Assembly (NCBI GenBank): GCA_000002435.2
Contig: CM018789.1
Length of the DNA: 64,000 bases
Direction: 5' to 3' (one strand)
Source: Giardia intestinalis
Lineage: Eukaryota
The notes beneath the pieces are model-generated. The model was not told the DNA's origin, did no database searches, and saw only the letters and a list, made by a program, of their open reading frames with translations. The translations under genes and the position numbers were made by a program. How positions within the stretch are numbered: position 1 is the stretch's first letter; every line of letters starts with the position of its first letter. Shown one piece after another: positions 50,701 through 58,298 of the stretch.

Positions 50701-53214
50701 AACCTCAGAAACATTGACAGCCAAAGGCTTATCTCGTGATTGACTAGTTGTCATAAGGTGAGATGCATCAGAATCTGTAGTATCAGATACTGCTTCTAGC
50801 GCGCGAATGCGGGCCCTCGCCCCGGCGCACTCCTGCTCCAGGTCCTGGACGTCCTGGTCGCGCGCCGCAAGCCTGTCGCGGAGCTTGGCTATCTCCTTTT
50901 CGTGGCGGGCCGCCTCTTCCTTCATGCGCTCCAGCAGGAACGACGAGTCGCCCAGCTCGCCCACGGTCCTCTGGAGGTCTGCGATCTCCTGGGTCTTGAA
51001 TGCAGCCTCCTTCTGGAGAGCAGAGAGGCGCTCTTCGAGGGCGTAGACGCGCGCGTCGTCTCCGCTCGGGGCGCCCGACACAGATGCGCGCAAGTCGTCG
51101 TTGGCACTAGTCAGGCCGTCGATCTCTCTTTGGAGGGCGTGGATCTCGTGCGCCTGGAGGCGGTTGACGTTGTGGAGGTTCTTGACCTCGGCCTCGAAGA
51201 GGGCGACCTCCTCCTCGTGCTCTGCGCGATCGGCAGCAGCAGCCAGAGACACTTCTCTGAGTTCTTTGAGCTCTTGCTCATATGCATTCTTAACATCATC
51301 AAGGTGTGATACACATCTATGAAGCTCTGCATTATCCGCTTCAAGGCATGAAATACGGTCATGCACCAGTTCAACTTGTGTAGTGAGTTCATTCTTTAGT
51401 GCATCTACCTCAGCCGTACGCGCTACAAGCTGGCTAAGCAACTCTTCGTTTCGGCTTTCAAGGGCTGCAATCCTGCCTTCATCACCAGCAGGCTCCCCAT
51501 TGACAGACTTTTGCAGGTCTTCATTTAGGGCCCTGCACTCATCAAGCTCCTCGGCAAGCTCCCGCAATTTGGACTTCTGGTCGTGAATTTGGTGGCGTAG
51601 TTCCTTAACTTCCTGTTCTTGAGCTTCTGCTTCTGCTTCAAGGATCTGGACGCGATTGCGAAGCATTTCGTTCTCCTCCTGGAGATTGTCTCTCTCAGCA
51701 GACAGGGCAGTAAGTAGTCCAGCAAGATTCTCTCTTTCTTCTGTCCACATGAACTTATCTGCATCATTAGACTGACTCTGCAATTTGCTTTCAAGGTCGT
51801 GAATGCGAACATTTGGGTCTGTCGGGCTTTGAGAGTGAGCCTCTTTAGTCATGCTATGCTCATCTGCTCCTGTTTCTATCTTATCTGATGGCGAAAATTG
51901 ATTATCAGCTGAACAAATCCGACCGCGCAACTCTTCAATGGTGGCGTTAAGCGTCTTGTAAGCATCAATCTGCTCAGAAAGCTGCTTCTTCAGATCATCA
52001 ATGATCCTATCCTTTTCCTCTACTTCCCTGGCAAGTCTCTCGGAAAGCTCAGATGAATCGTGAGCTGGAAGCGCAGCAATTTTCATTTTTAGTGCGGCAA
52101 TCTCATCATTCTTCTCCAAAGATTCTGTGGGTGCGCCAGGGGGATCGGGAGCAATCGATAGCTCTAGGGCGCCGTATCTCTGGCCAAAATCGGCTTGAGA
52201 CTCAGAAAGCATATTATTCGACTGCAAGTCGCGCAACGTCTGCGTCATGTCAGTCAACTCTTTTACCTGCTCCGCCGTATCTTGGTGGCATCTTCGCTCA
52301 TCATCGAGCTCCAATTTGAGCTCCTGATTGTGACGGAGAAGCTCCTGGATACGCTCATGAAGACGCTTGTTTTCCACTTGCAAATTAGCATTACGACTCA
52401 TAAGTTCGGATGCATCCTCATGAAGCTTTCCTATTCGTGTCTTCAGTTCCAAATTCATTGTGTTAAGTTCAGAAAGTGCAATGGCCTTTGTTGTCTCCAG
52501 GCGTTCAGAGAGGTCAGCCTGGCTCATAATCAAGTCAGAAGTGCTTGAATCCTGAGACGCAGTAGAGTGGTTGAGAAGATTCGACGGTACCAGTGAGGCA
52601 TCTAGATCTGTGCGGCGAGACATACTAAGGCGTGCGCTTTCAGATAGCATCGCCATTGTGTCCTCTTCTGATGATCGTAGAAACTCCACCACATCATGAT
52701 GGTGATGCATGATTGCAATAGAAAGGGCAGTCTCATGCTCCGAAGAGGAAAACTTACACTCGCGAGCGTGCAAGATTTCCACGATAGAAAGATCTCCGCG
52801 TGCGGCCGCATACATAAGAGCTGTGCGTCCACGACTATCTACTTTGGTGACGTAGTAAGGCATAAGGGCTTTTGCTGCATCCAGAGAGCCATTCTGTGCA
52901 GCAAGCATAAGAGGGGTGCGCCCATCTGGAAGGATCAGATGCGACTCCTTAGCTACCAGCGCACGGCAGCACCTGGCCTTATTAACGATCGCAGCGATCA
53001 TAAGAGCGGTAAGCCCATCAGAATTCGTAAACCCACTACCATTATGAAGCAGAACCTTTACAGCATCGTAATTGTCGCTACGAACAGCGCGCATAAGGGC
53101 AGTCTCTCCATTCTCATCACGCAGAGACGCACACTCGCTCGCCGCCGCACGAATAGTCGCTATGTCGCCCTGGTCGACCGCAGCAAACCATGTTCCCACG
53201 CTAGGCGGAGCCAT
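47716..53214 (-). CDS. Ankyrin-repeat plus long coiled-coil protein (GASP-180-like), about 1833 aa. Start moved from the track's TTG at 53253 to the ATG at 53214
   Basis: N-terminal MAPPSVGTWFAAVDQGD, ANK repeats (GETALMRAVRSDNYDAVKVL, ...), then coiled coil. Contains the internal perfect repeat described separately. Confidence 0.8.
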   Translation of the reverse strand: MAPPSVGTWFAAVDQGDIATIRAAASECASLRDENGETALMRAVRSDNYDAVKVLLHNGSGFTNSDGLTALMIAAIVNKARCCRALVAKESHLILPDGRTPLMLAAQNGSLDAAKALMPYYVTKVDSRGRTALMYAAARGDLSIVEILHARECKFSSSEHETALSIAIMHHHHDVVEFLRSSEEDTMAMLSESARLSMSRRTDLDASLVPSNLLNHSTASQDSSTSDLIMSQADLSERLETTKAIALSELNTMNLELKTRIGKLHEDASELMSRNANLQVENKRLHERIQELLRHNQELKLELDDERRCHQDTAEQVKELTDMTQTLRDLQSNNMLSESQADFGQRYGALELSIAPDPPGAPTESLEKNDEIAALKMKIAALPAHDSSELSERLAREVEEKDRIIDDLKKQLSEQIDAYKTLNATIEELRGRICSADNQFSPSDKIETGADEHSMTKEAHSQSPTDPNVRIHDLESKLQSQSNDADKFMWTEERENLAGLLTALSAERDNLQEENEMLRNRVQILEAEAEAQEQEVKELRHQIHDQKSKLRELAEELDECRALNEDLQKSVNGEPAGDEGRIAALESRNEELLSQLVARTAEVDALKNELTTQVELVHDRISCLEADNAELHRCVSHLDDVKNAYEQELKELREVSLAAAADRAEHEEEVALFEAEVKNLHNVNRLQAHEIHALQREIDGLTSANDDLRASVSGAPSGDDARVYALEERLSALQKEAAFKTQEIADLQRTVGELGDSSFLLERMKEEAARHEKEIAKLRDRLAARDQDVQDLEQECAGARARIRALEAVSDTTDSDASHLMTTSQSRDKPLAVNVSEVEFLELKNQLECLKTEKAELEYTLDNALLTINSLKQTGDLDALKDQNERLREEADRLRDLLDTKEDDYPIAILEEKLKETRAQLDEANHRLLELQESVQDGSTRDTTHSQDFQELEQENIEAKLRIRTLEDAVAHLQDKLNSNISNDKSLSEEKEPRDSLSAEQSNFITSLEDHIAKLQFELACVAEALEESQNKCDLYERQLNSFTAGDFSPSTKQPADSETDIQMLIQSNEYYSAQLKLKSDEVASLQHQLDDLLSNNSPSLNEKLTAMQLTLQRKDEDIALLRGEISELKAHIESSILPSAQDLEETLENRRALIQVLDDEIKDKRRDLKDLELQIEDIKARQPMDPNDDSLKRITELEDNLQLRELELQQLRDQAAEDNVIPLITLEPSGNATILPSDGTILENERQLLCKRVADLERDIKLLAETTVDRAEHEEEVALFEAEVKNLHNVNRLQAHEIHALQREIDGLTSANDDLRASVSGAPSGDDARVYALEERLSALQKEAAFKTQEIADLQRTVGELGDSSFLLERMKEEAARHEKEIAKLRDRLAARDQDVQDLEQECAGARARIRALEEEVPDSQVQDLTAELEARTAEIDELRRLIDDSTVDKKSDVDTEELRKDLAHVTAERDSLRDEVSKLNKTIIDLEQSLDAINAQVSTSDADISRLNDELSTLKDQLSSKCLELEEANSKIDLLKAELEEKTIESASSNPDLSSIPSLARSTSRSTQNLGELSLDELRELLDSERRRIKKLNNKITALMTEKNILNDQINAMKTSSAKNLPLPAAPVLEEPSLATGTDDVRISDLEQALKDANERADAKERELTDALQRIENLGAQISPLEAELSSLQDRLSATGEVIEKLRAENQQLNKQIAAGAQSEELITSLTRELEGLRTENSQLNAVKEDLKRQIEDKVKELAIERQQAETLKLSQRIPDKIASEYSDHVEKPRSVNESDDVMERADRCINFVAGMCVGASMVFGAQFLQTVIH
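48977..49407. repeat. Copy A of a perfect ~431-bp intragenic direct repeat, GC-rich
   Basis: Identical sequence from gcgcgaatgcgggccctcgcc... to ...ctcgtgctctgcgcgatc at 48977-49407 and 50801-51231 (offset 1824 bp). Track ORFs 48983-49222 and 50807-51046 translate identically, as do 49098-49283(-) and 50922-51107(-). Confidence 0.85.
50801..51231. repeat. Copy B of the perfect ~431-bp intragenic direct repeat
   Basis: See copy A. In the host protein it duplicates about 143 aa in frame (DRAEHEEEVALFEAEVKNLHNVNRLQ...ECAGARARIRALE). Confidence 0.85.
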
Positions 53215-53310
53215 ATATTTACTGAAACACTCGCCCTTTAAAATGAAATTCAAACTTTATCATGACGGGTAACAGGGGCCCGCACGCAAAACGCAGAGTT
53301 CACTAGCGGC

Positions 53311-56300
53311 CTACTGGAGGTCCAGGGCCGAGAGGTTGTCGTCGAGGACGACGATGCCGGCGCGGATGTCGTCCACAAGCTTCTTGTAGTACTCGACGGC
53401 CTTCCGGAGGTTGCCCGTCTCGCTGATGGCCTTGCCGCACTCGTCCGTCTTCTGCGCAAGGTCCTCGTTGGCCTTGTCGAGCGACTCCTGCAGCGAGGCG
53501 ATCTCTGCCTCGAGCGCCATGGTGCGCTCGTCGTTTGCGGAGTGGAGGTTGGCGTCGCGGGCCTCCTCCAGCTCCCTGTTCAGGGCCTCGATCTGGGCGC
53601 TGACCTCCGCATTCTTGCCCTCCTGGTCGTCGAGAAGGCCCTGGAGCTCCGTGATGGTGTTCTCGCGGTCGTCGAGCTCCTCCTGGAGCTTCCTGAGCTC
53701 CTCCTGCAGGCTCTCGACGACGGCCGGGTCGATGTCGTTCGCCGTGTTCTTGAGCACCTCGACCTCCTCCTGGAGATCCGCGATCTGCTTCCTGCTCTCG
53801 TCCAGGGAGCACTGGAGAGCGGTGATCTTGTCGTTGTTGGCGCTGTCCAGCTTGATCATCTCGTCCTTGAGGTCGCTGCACTGCTGCTTGAGGCCGTCGA
53901 TCTCGTCCTGGAGCTCGTCGATGAGGGACCGCTTGGCCTCGAGTTCGTCCTTCAGCGCTGCGTTCTCGTCCTGGACCTCCCGGAGGGCCGCAGCATCCCC
54001 GACCTCCTCGCCGGACTCCGGATAGACGGTGGTCGCGGTGGGCTGGGCCTCCAGCTGTTCGCGCAGCTCGGCGATCTCGGCGTCCTTGTCCTTGAGCCCG
54101 TCGTTGAGGACCGCGATCTCGTCATCGAGCTCTGCGATCCTCTCCTTGAGGTCGTCGTACTCCTCGGTGTCGCGGAGCCTCTGCTTGAGCTCGTCGATGG
54201 TGGCGTCCCGCTCCGCCACAAGCTCCTTGGCTCCGCTGAGGTCCTTCTCGAGCTGCTCGACGAGCTTCTGGAGGTCGCCGTCTGCTGCCCTGGAGTCGCT
54301 GAGAGCGTGGAGCTTGTCCTGGAGGGCCTCGGCGCTCTCCCTGAGCTCGCGCACGGTGGCCTCGCTGGCCTCGAGCTTGTTTGCGAGCTCGGGGTCCGCA
54401 GTCGCAAGCTCGGCCCGGAGCCCCTCCGTCTCCATCTCCTTGGCCTCGAGCGCGGCGCGCAGCTCTGCAAGCTCCTTGCGCGCGTCCTGGAGCTGGTCCT
54501 CGAGCATCCGGACGCGCTCGGTGTCCTCGGGCACCTGGGCGGTCTCGAGCTGGACCCGGAGTCCGCCCAGCTCCTCGCGGAGGCGCGCGGCCTCGGCGTC
54601 GCTGTCGACGAGGTTCTTGTGGACGGCGTCGATCTCGGCGAGCTTGGCGCTGAGCTGCCCGCGGAGCTCTGCCACCTCGTTCTCGAGGGAGGCAACCCGA
54701 GCCTTCGCAAGCTCCGCGCCGTCGTCATCGGTGACGGCTCTGAGGCCTGTCGTCGCGCCCGCGAGCTCGGCGTCCTTGCTGGCGAGCTGGGCGAGGAGGC
54801 TGTCGACCATCTCCTTGCTCTCGCCGAGTTTGGTCTTGTAGCCCTCGACCTCGGCGAGGAGCTCGCTAAGCCGCTCGGTGTTCTCGACGCTGGCGCGGAC
54901 AATGGCAAGCTCCTTCTCGAGTTGCTCGATGGTCTCGTCCTTGCCTCTCGCCGCGTCGGTCAGCTCGTCGACGCGGCTGCGAAGGTCGGCAACCTCCTGG
55001 CGCAGGGCCGCGACCTCGCCCTGGTCCTGTGGGGCGCCGAGGTCCTTGCGCAGGCTCTCCACCAGGTCTGTCAGGTCCCGGACCTGCTTCATGAGCCGCT
55101 CCTTGTCGCCCTCCAGGGAGTCGCTCCTCAGCTTGCCGTTGCGCAGGTCCTCCTTGAGCGCATCCATCTCCGCCATGATCCGCGCGTGCTCACCCTTGTA
55201 GTGGTCGTTCTCGCCGGTGAGGGCGTTGACGAGGGCCTGCAGCTCGTCGACCTTCTGGACCAGGCCGTCGTCGAAGTCGAGGATGCTCGAGACCTTGGCC
55301 TGCTCCTCGGGGTCGACGTCGCTGATCTCCGTCTGGGCGTCGACGTACTCCGCACCGGACTGGTCGGACGGCGCCACGCTGAGCGGCTTCTCGCGGAGCT
55401 CGCAGAGGGCGTCGTTGAGCTGCCTCACCTCGTCCTCGAGGCGGCGGAGGCTGTGCTCCTTGTCGGCGACCTCCTTGCCCTTGTCTGCAGCGAGCTGCTC
55501 GAGCTCGGCGAGTCGCGCGGTCTTCTCTTCAAGTCCTCGGATTGCGTCGTCGCGCGCGGCAACGGTGCCCCGGAGGTCCGCGATCTCATCCTCGAGGATC
55601 TTGATGCGCGCGTCGTCTTGGGGCACGGTGCTGTCAAGCTGGGCCTTGAGGTCCGCGATGAGGCTCTCCTTCGCGTCCAGGGCGCCGTTGAGCCTGTTGA
55701 GCTCGTCCTTCTGCTCGCGGTTCTGGCCGTGCATGACCTCGAGCTCCTCGTTGAGGACCTGGACCTCCTCCCTGAGCGCGTCGAGTTCCTCCTTGAGCCT
55801 GTCGAGGTCCTCGGAGGATGCGCCGGGCTCCTCGGTGTAGACCGTCGAACCCACTGGTTTCTGCTCGAGCTCCCTCCGCATGTCCTCCATCTCGGCCACC
55901 GCGCAGTCGTACCTGTCCTTGAGCGAGAGGAGCTGCTCCTGCGCGTCCTCCAGCTGCTCCTGGAGCTCGACAAGTTTCTCCACGTCGCTTGCGTCTCCGC
56001 TCGCCCGGGCGTTGGCGAGCGCCTCCTTGAGGTCAGAGACCTCCTTGTTGAGGTGGGCGACCTGGCCGCGGAGTCCGCTGGCCTCGTCTGCACCGCTCTT
56101 CCTGAGGGCCTCAAGCGCGTCATTGAGGGCCTGGAGCTCGTCTTTGAGTCGGCCGTTCTCCTCCTCCAACGCGGTGAGCTGCGCCGGGTCGGCCTCGACC
56201 GGCTGGGCGGGCGCGCCGTCGACGAGCTCCTTGAGCTCTGCGATCTGGTTATCGCGCGCCTCGATCTCATCGGTCAGCGCCCTGATCTTCTCCTCGAGGG

Positions 56301-58194
56301 CGCGGATGGCCGTCTCGTCTGCGGGGGCGTCGCGCGACCTACCGCTGAGCTCCTTGACCTGCTGCTGGAGCTCCTCGATGCGTGCAAGGTACTCTGCAGC
56401 GTCTGCTCCCCGCGTGGCGTCTGCCTCCAGGGCGTCCACCCTTTCCTGGAGAGCCGCGCTGTTCTTCATCTCCTCCTGGATGCGGTCGCGGAGGAGCTCG
56501 ATCTCGTCGTCGCGCTCGTCGATGTCCTGCTTCGCGTTGGCGAGCTCGAACTGGAGGTCTGCGATCTGCTCGTTGAGCTCCTTGACCCTCTCGTCGTCGC
56601 CGCCCTGCGCGTCGGCGAGGAGCCTCTCCAGCCCTGCGATCTGCGCCTCGAGCTGGGCCACGCGTTTATCGCCCTCGGCAGACGACCTCTGGGCGCTCTC
56701 TGCGCGCATGACGAGGTCCTGGAGGCGGGCGATCTCCGAGTTCTTGGCGGCGATGATGGCGTCGAAGTCCGCCGCCTCGCCTCCCCTGGCCAGGGTCTCC
56801 TCGAGGCGGCTCTGGAGGGCCTCGAGCTCCCCGTCCTTGGCGAGGAGGGCCTGGCGGAGGCTCTCGACCTCCTCCTCGAGAATCTGCGTGGCGTACGCCT
56901 CGTCCTGGCTGGCGGCTGCCTGTTCCAGCTCGGCAATGCGTGCGTCGCGCTCATCGAGCATGGACCGGAGGCCTGCGAGTTCGTCCTCGAAGGCCCTGGT
57001 CTTCTCGACGATGGGCCGGAGCCCCGAGAGGTCGGACTCGCGCGCCTCCAGCTCCTCCCGGAGGGCGCTGATCTTGTTTTCGTAGTCTGCGAGGAGGGCC
57101 GCGTCTCCCGTGGGCGACGGGACGGCGGTCAGGCGCTCGTTGAGGGCGCGGATGTCCCTCTCCTTCTCCGCGAGCTCGGACTGGAGCGCCCTGATCTTGT
57201 CCTTGAGGCCGTCGACGTCCTCACCAGACCCGCCGGCGCTGAGCATTCCCTCCATGTCGGAGAGACGCTCCTTGAGGTCGCTGATGATGGCGTCCTTGTC
57301 GGCCGTCTCGGACTGGAGCCTGCTGATTTCGATGCGCAGCGTGGTGATGTTCTCCTCCATGTTCTTGACCTGGCCGTGCAGGGAGACGTTTTGGCCGATG
57401 ACGATCGACGACTCGTCGTGCAGCGAGGCCAGCTTCAGCTCGAGTTGCATGATCTTGGACTCGAGCTCGTGCTCGAGCTGCGTCTTGGTCTGCGTGAGGG
57501 AGTCAGCCTGTCCGCCGGGGAAGCGGTGCGCGTCGATCAGAGAGAATGACAGGGAGAGGTCGAGGGCGGGGTTTCCGACCTGGGACGAGGAGAAGTTCAT
57601 GAGCGAGGGGCGGGTGAACTCCGGAATCAGGTTCGCCTCATAGGACGCGAGGCACTGGACGATGTCGGTGTGCCCGTTCTCGGCCGCGAGCACGAACGCC
57701 GTCTTGTGGTCGTACGAGACGATCTCCTTCTCGCGGACCACGAGGAGCTTCACCACGTCCGTGTGGCCGGCCGCCGCCGCGTACATCAGGGCGGTGCGCC
57801 CGCGCGCGTCTGTCTTGGCCTTGAGGTAGGGGAGCAGGTTGCTGACCGCCGCGGTCGACCCGTGCTCGGCGGCGAGCATGAGGGGCGTCATCTGGAAGTC
57901 GCCGTAGGTGGTGTTGACCTCATAGGCGACGAGGCGCTTGCAGACGTCGCCCTTGTTGGCCTCGGCGGCGATCATGATGGCGGTCTTCCCCTCGCCGTTG
58001 ACCATGCCGTTCTCGAAGAAGCCGAGGATCTTGACAAGCTCCACGTTCCCTTCGCGCGCGGCGATCATCAGGCCCGTCTCGCCGTCACCGTTGACGGACT
58101 TGGCGTACTCTGCTGCGTGGTTGCGGATCAGCTCGACCTGGCCGGCCTGGATGGCCTCAAACCATTCCTCCACAGAAGACACCACTGCAGGCAT
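53311..58194 (-). CDS. Ankyrin-repeat plus long coiled-coil protein (GASP-180-like), 1627 aa, strongly GC-rich
   Basis: N-terminal MPAVVSSVEEWFEAIQAGQVELI with ANK repeats (GETGLMIAAREGNVELVKIL, GKTAIMIAAEANKGDVCKRL, ...), followed by a coiled coil dominated by GAG/CTC/GCC codons. The plus strand is stop-free for about 4 kb, which is a composition artefact. Confidence 0.8.
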   Translation of the reverse strand: MPAVVSSVEEWFEAIQAGQVELIRNHAAEYAKSVNGDGETGLMIAAREGNVELVKILGFFENGMVNGEGKTAIMIAAEANKGDVCKRLVAYEVNTTYGDFQMTPLMLAAEHGSTAAVSNLLPYLKAKTDARGRTALMYAAAAGHTDVVKLLVVREKEIVSYDHKTAFVLAAENGHTDIVQCLASYEANLIPEFTRPSLMNFSSSQVGNPALDLSLSFSLIDAHRFPGGQADSLTQTKTQLEHELESKIMQLELKLASLHDESSIVIGQNVSLHGQVKNMEENITTLRIEISRLQSETADKDAIISDLKERLSDMEGMLSAGGSGEDVDGLKDKIRALQSELAEKERDIRALNERLTAVPSPTGDAALLADYENKISALREELEARESDLSGLRPIVEKTRAFEDELAGLRSMLDERDARIAELEQAAASQDEAYATQILEEEVESLRQALLAKDGELEALQSRLEETLARGGEAADFDAIIAAKNSEIARLQDLVMRAESAQRSSAEGDKRVAQLEAQIAGLERLLADAQGGDDERVKELNEQIADLQFELANAKQDIDERDDEIELLRDRIQEEMKNSAALQERVDALEADATRGADAAEYLARIEELQQQVKELSGRSRDAPADETAIRALEEKIRALTDEIEARDNQIAELKELVDGAPAQPVEADPAQLTALEEENGRLKDELQALNDALEALRKSGADEASGLRGQVAHLNKEVSDLKEALANARASGDASDVEKLVELQEQLEDAQEQLLSLKDRYDCAVAEMEDMRRELEQKPVGSTVYTEEPGASSEDLDRLKEELDALREEVQVLNEELEVMHGQNREQKDELNRLNGALDAKESLIADLKAQLDSTVPQDDARIKILEDEIADLRGTVAARDDAIRGLEEKTARLAELEQLAADKGKEVADKEHSLRRLEDEVRQLNDALCELREKPLSVAPSDQSGAEYVDAQTEISDVDPEEQAKVSSILDFDDGLVQKVDELQALVNALTGENDHYKGEHARIMAEMDALKEDLRNGKLRSDSLEGDKERLMKQVRDLTDLVESLRKDLGAPQDQGEVAALRQEVADLRSRVDELTDAARGKDETIEQLEKELAIVRASVENTERLSELLAEVEGYKTKLGESKEMVDSLLAQLASKDAELAGATTGLRAVTDDDGAELAKARVASLENEVAELRGQLSAKLAEIDAVHKNLVDSDAEAARLREELGGLRVQLETAQVPEDTERVRMLEDQLQDARKELAELRAALEAKEMETEGLRAELATADPELANKLEASEATVRELRESAEALQDKLHALSDSRAADGDLQKLVEQLEKDLSGAKELVAERDATIDELKQRLRDTEEYDDLKERIAELDDEIAVLNDGLKDKDAEIAELREQLEAQPTATTVYPESGEEVGDAAALREVQDENAALKDELEAKRSLIDELQDEIDGLKQQCSDLKDEMIKLDSANNDKITALQCSLDESRKQIADLQEEVEVLKNTANDIDPAVVESLQEELRKLQEELDDRENTITELQGLLDDQEGKNAEVSAQIEALNRELEEARDANLHSANDERTMALEAEIASLQESLDKANEDLAQKTDECGKAISETGNLRKAVEYYKKLVDDIRAGIVVLDDNLSALDLQ

Positions 58195-58298
58195 GTTTTA
58201 TTATCCAGATAGTGTAAAGGTCCATTCGATTTTAAATTCACTTCCCGCCTCTCAGATGCGGCCGGCGTGCGCTGTGTATGCAGCCGGACCCGCTTGCA

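Noticed and set aside
53542-57549. 1335-aa plus-strand ORF, plus many other 60-400-aa ORFs on both strands between 53.3 and 58.2 kb
   Set aside because: Antisense to a convincing ankyrin/coiled-coil gene. The translations are pure L/E/G/V/A low complexity. The stop-free frames follow from GAG/CTC/GCC-dominated codon usage of the sense strand.
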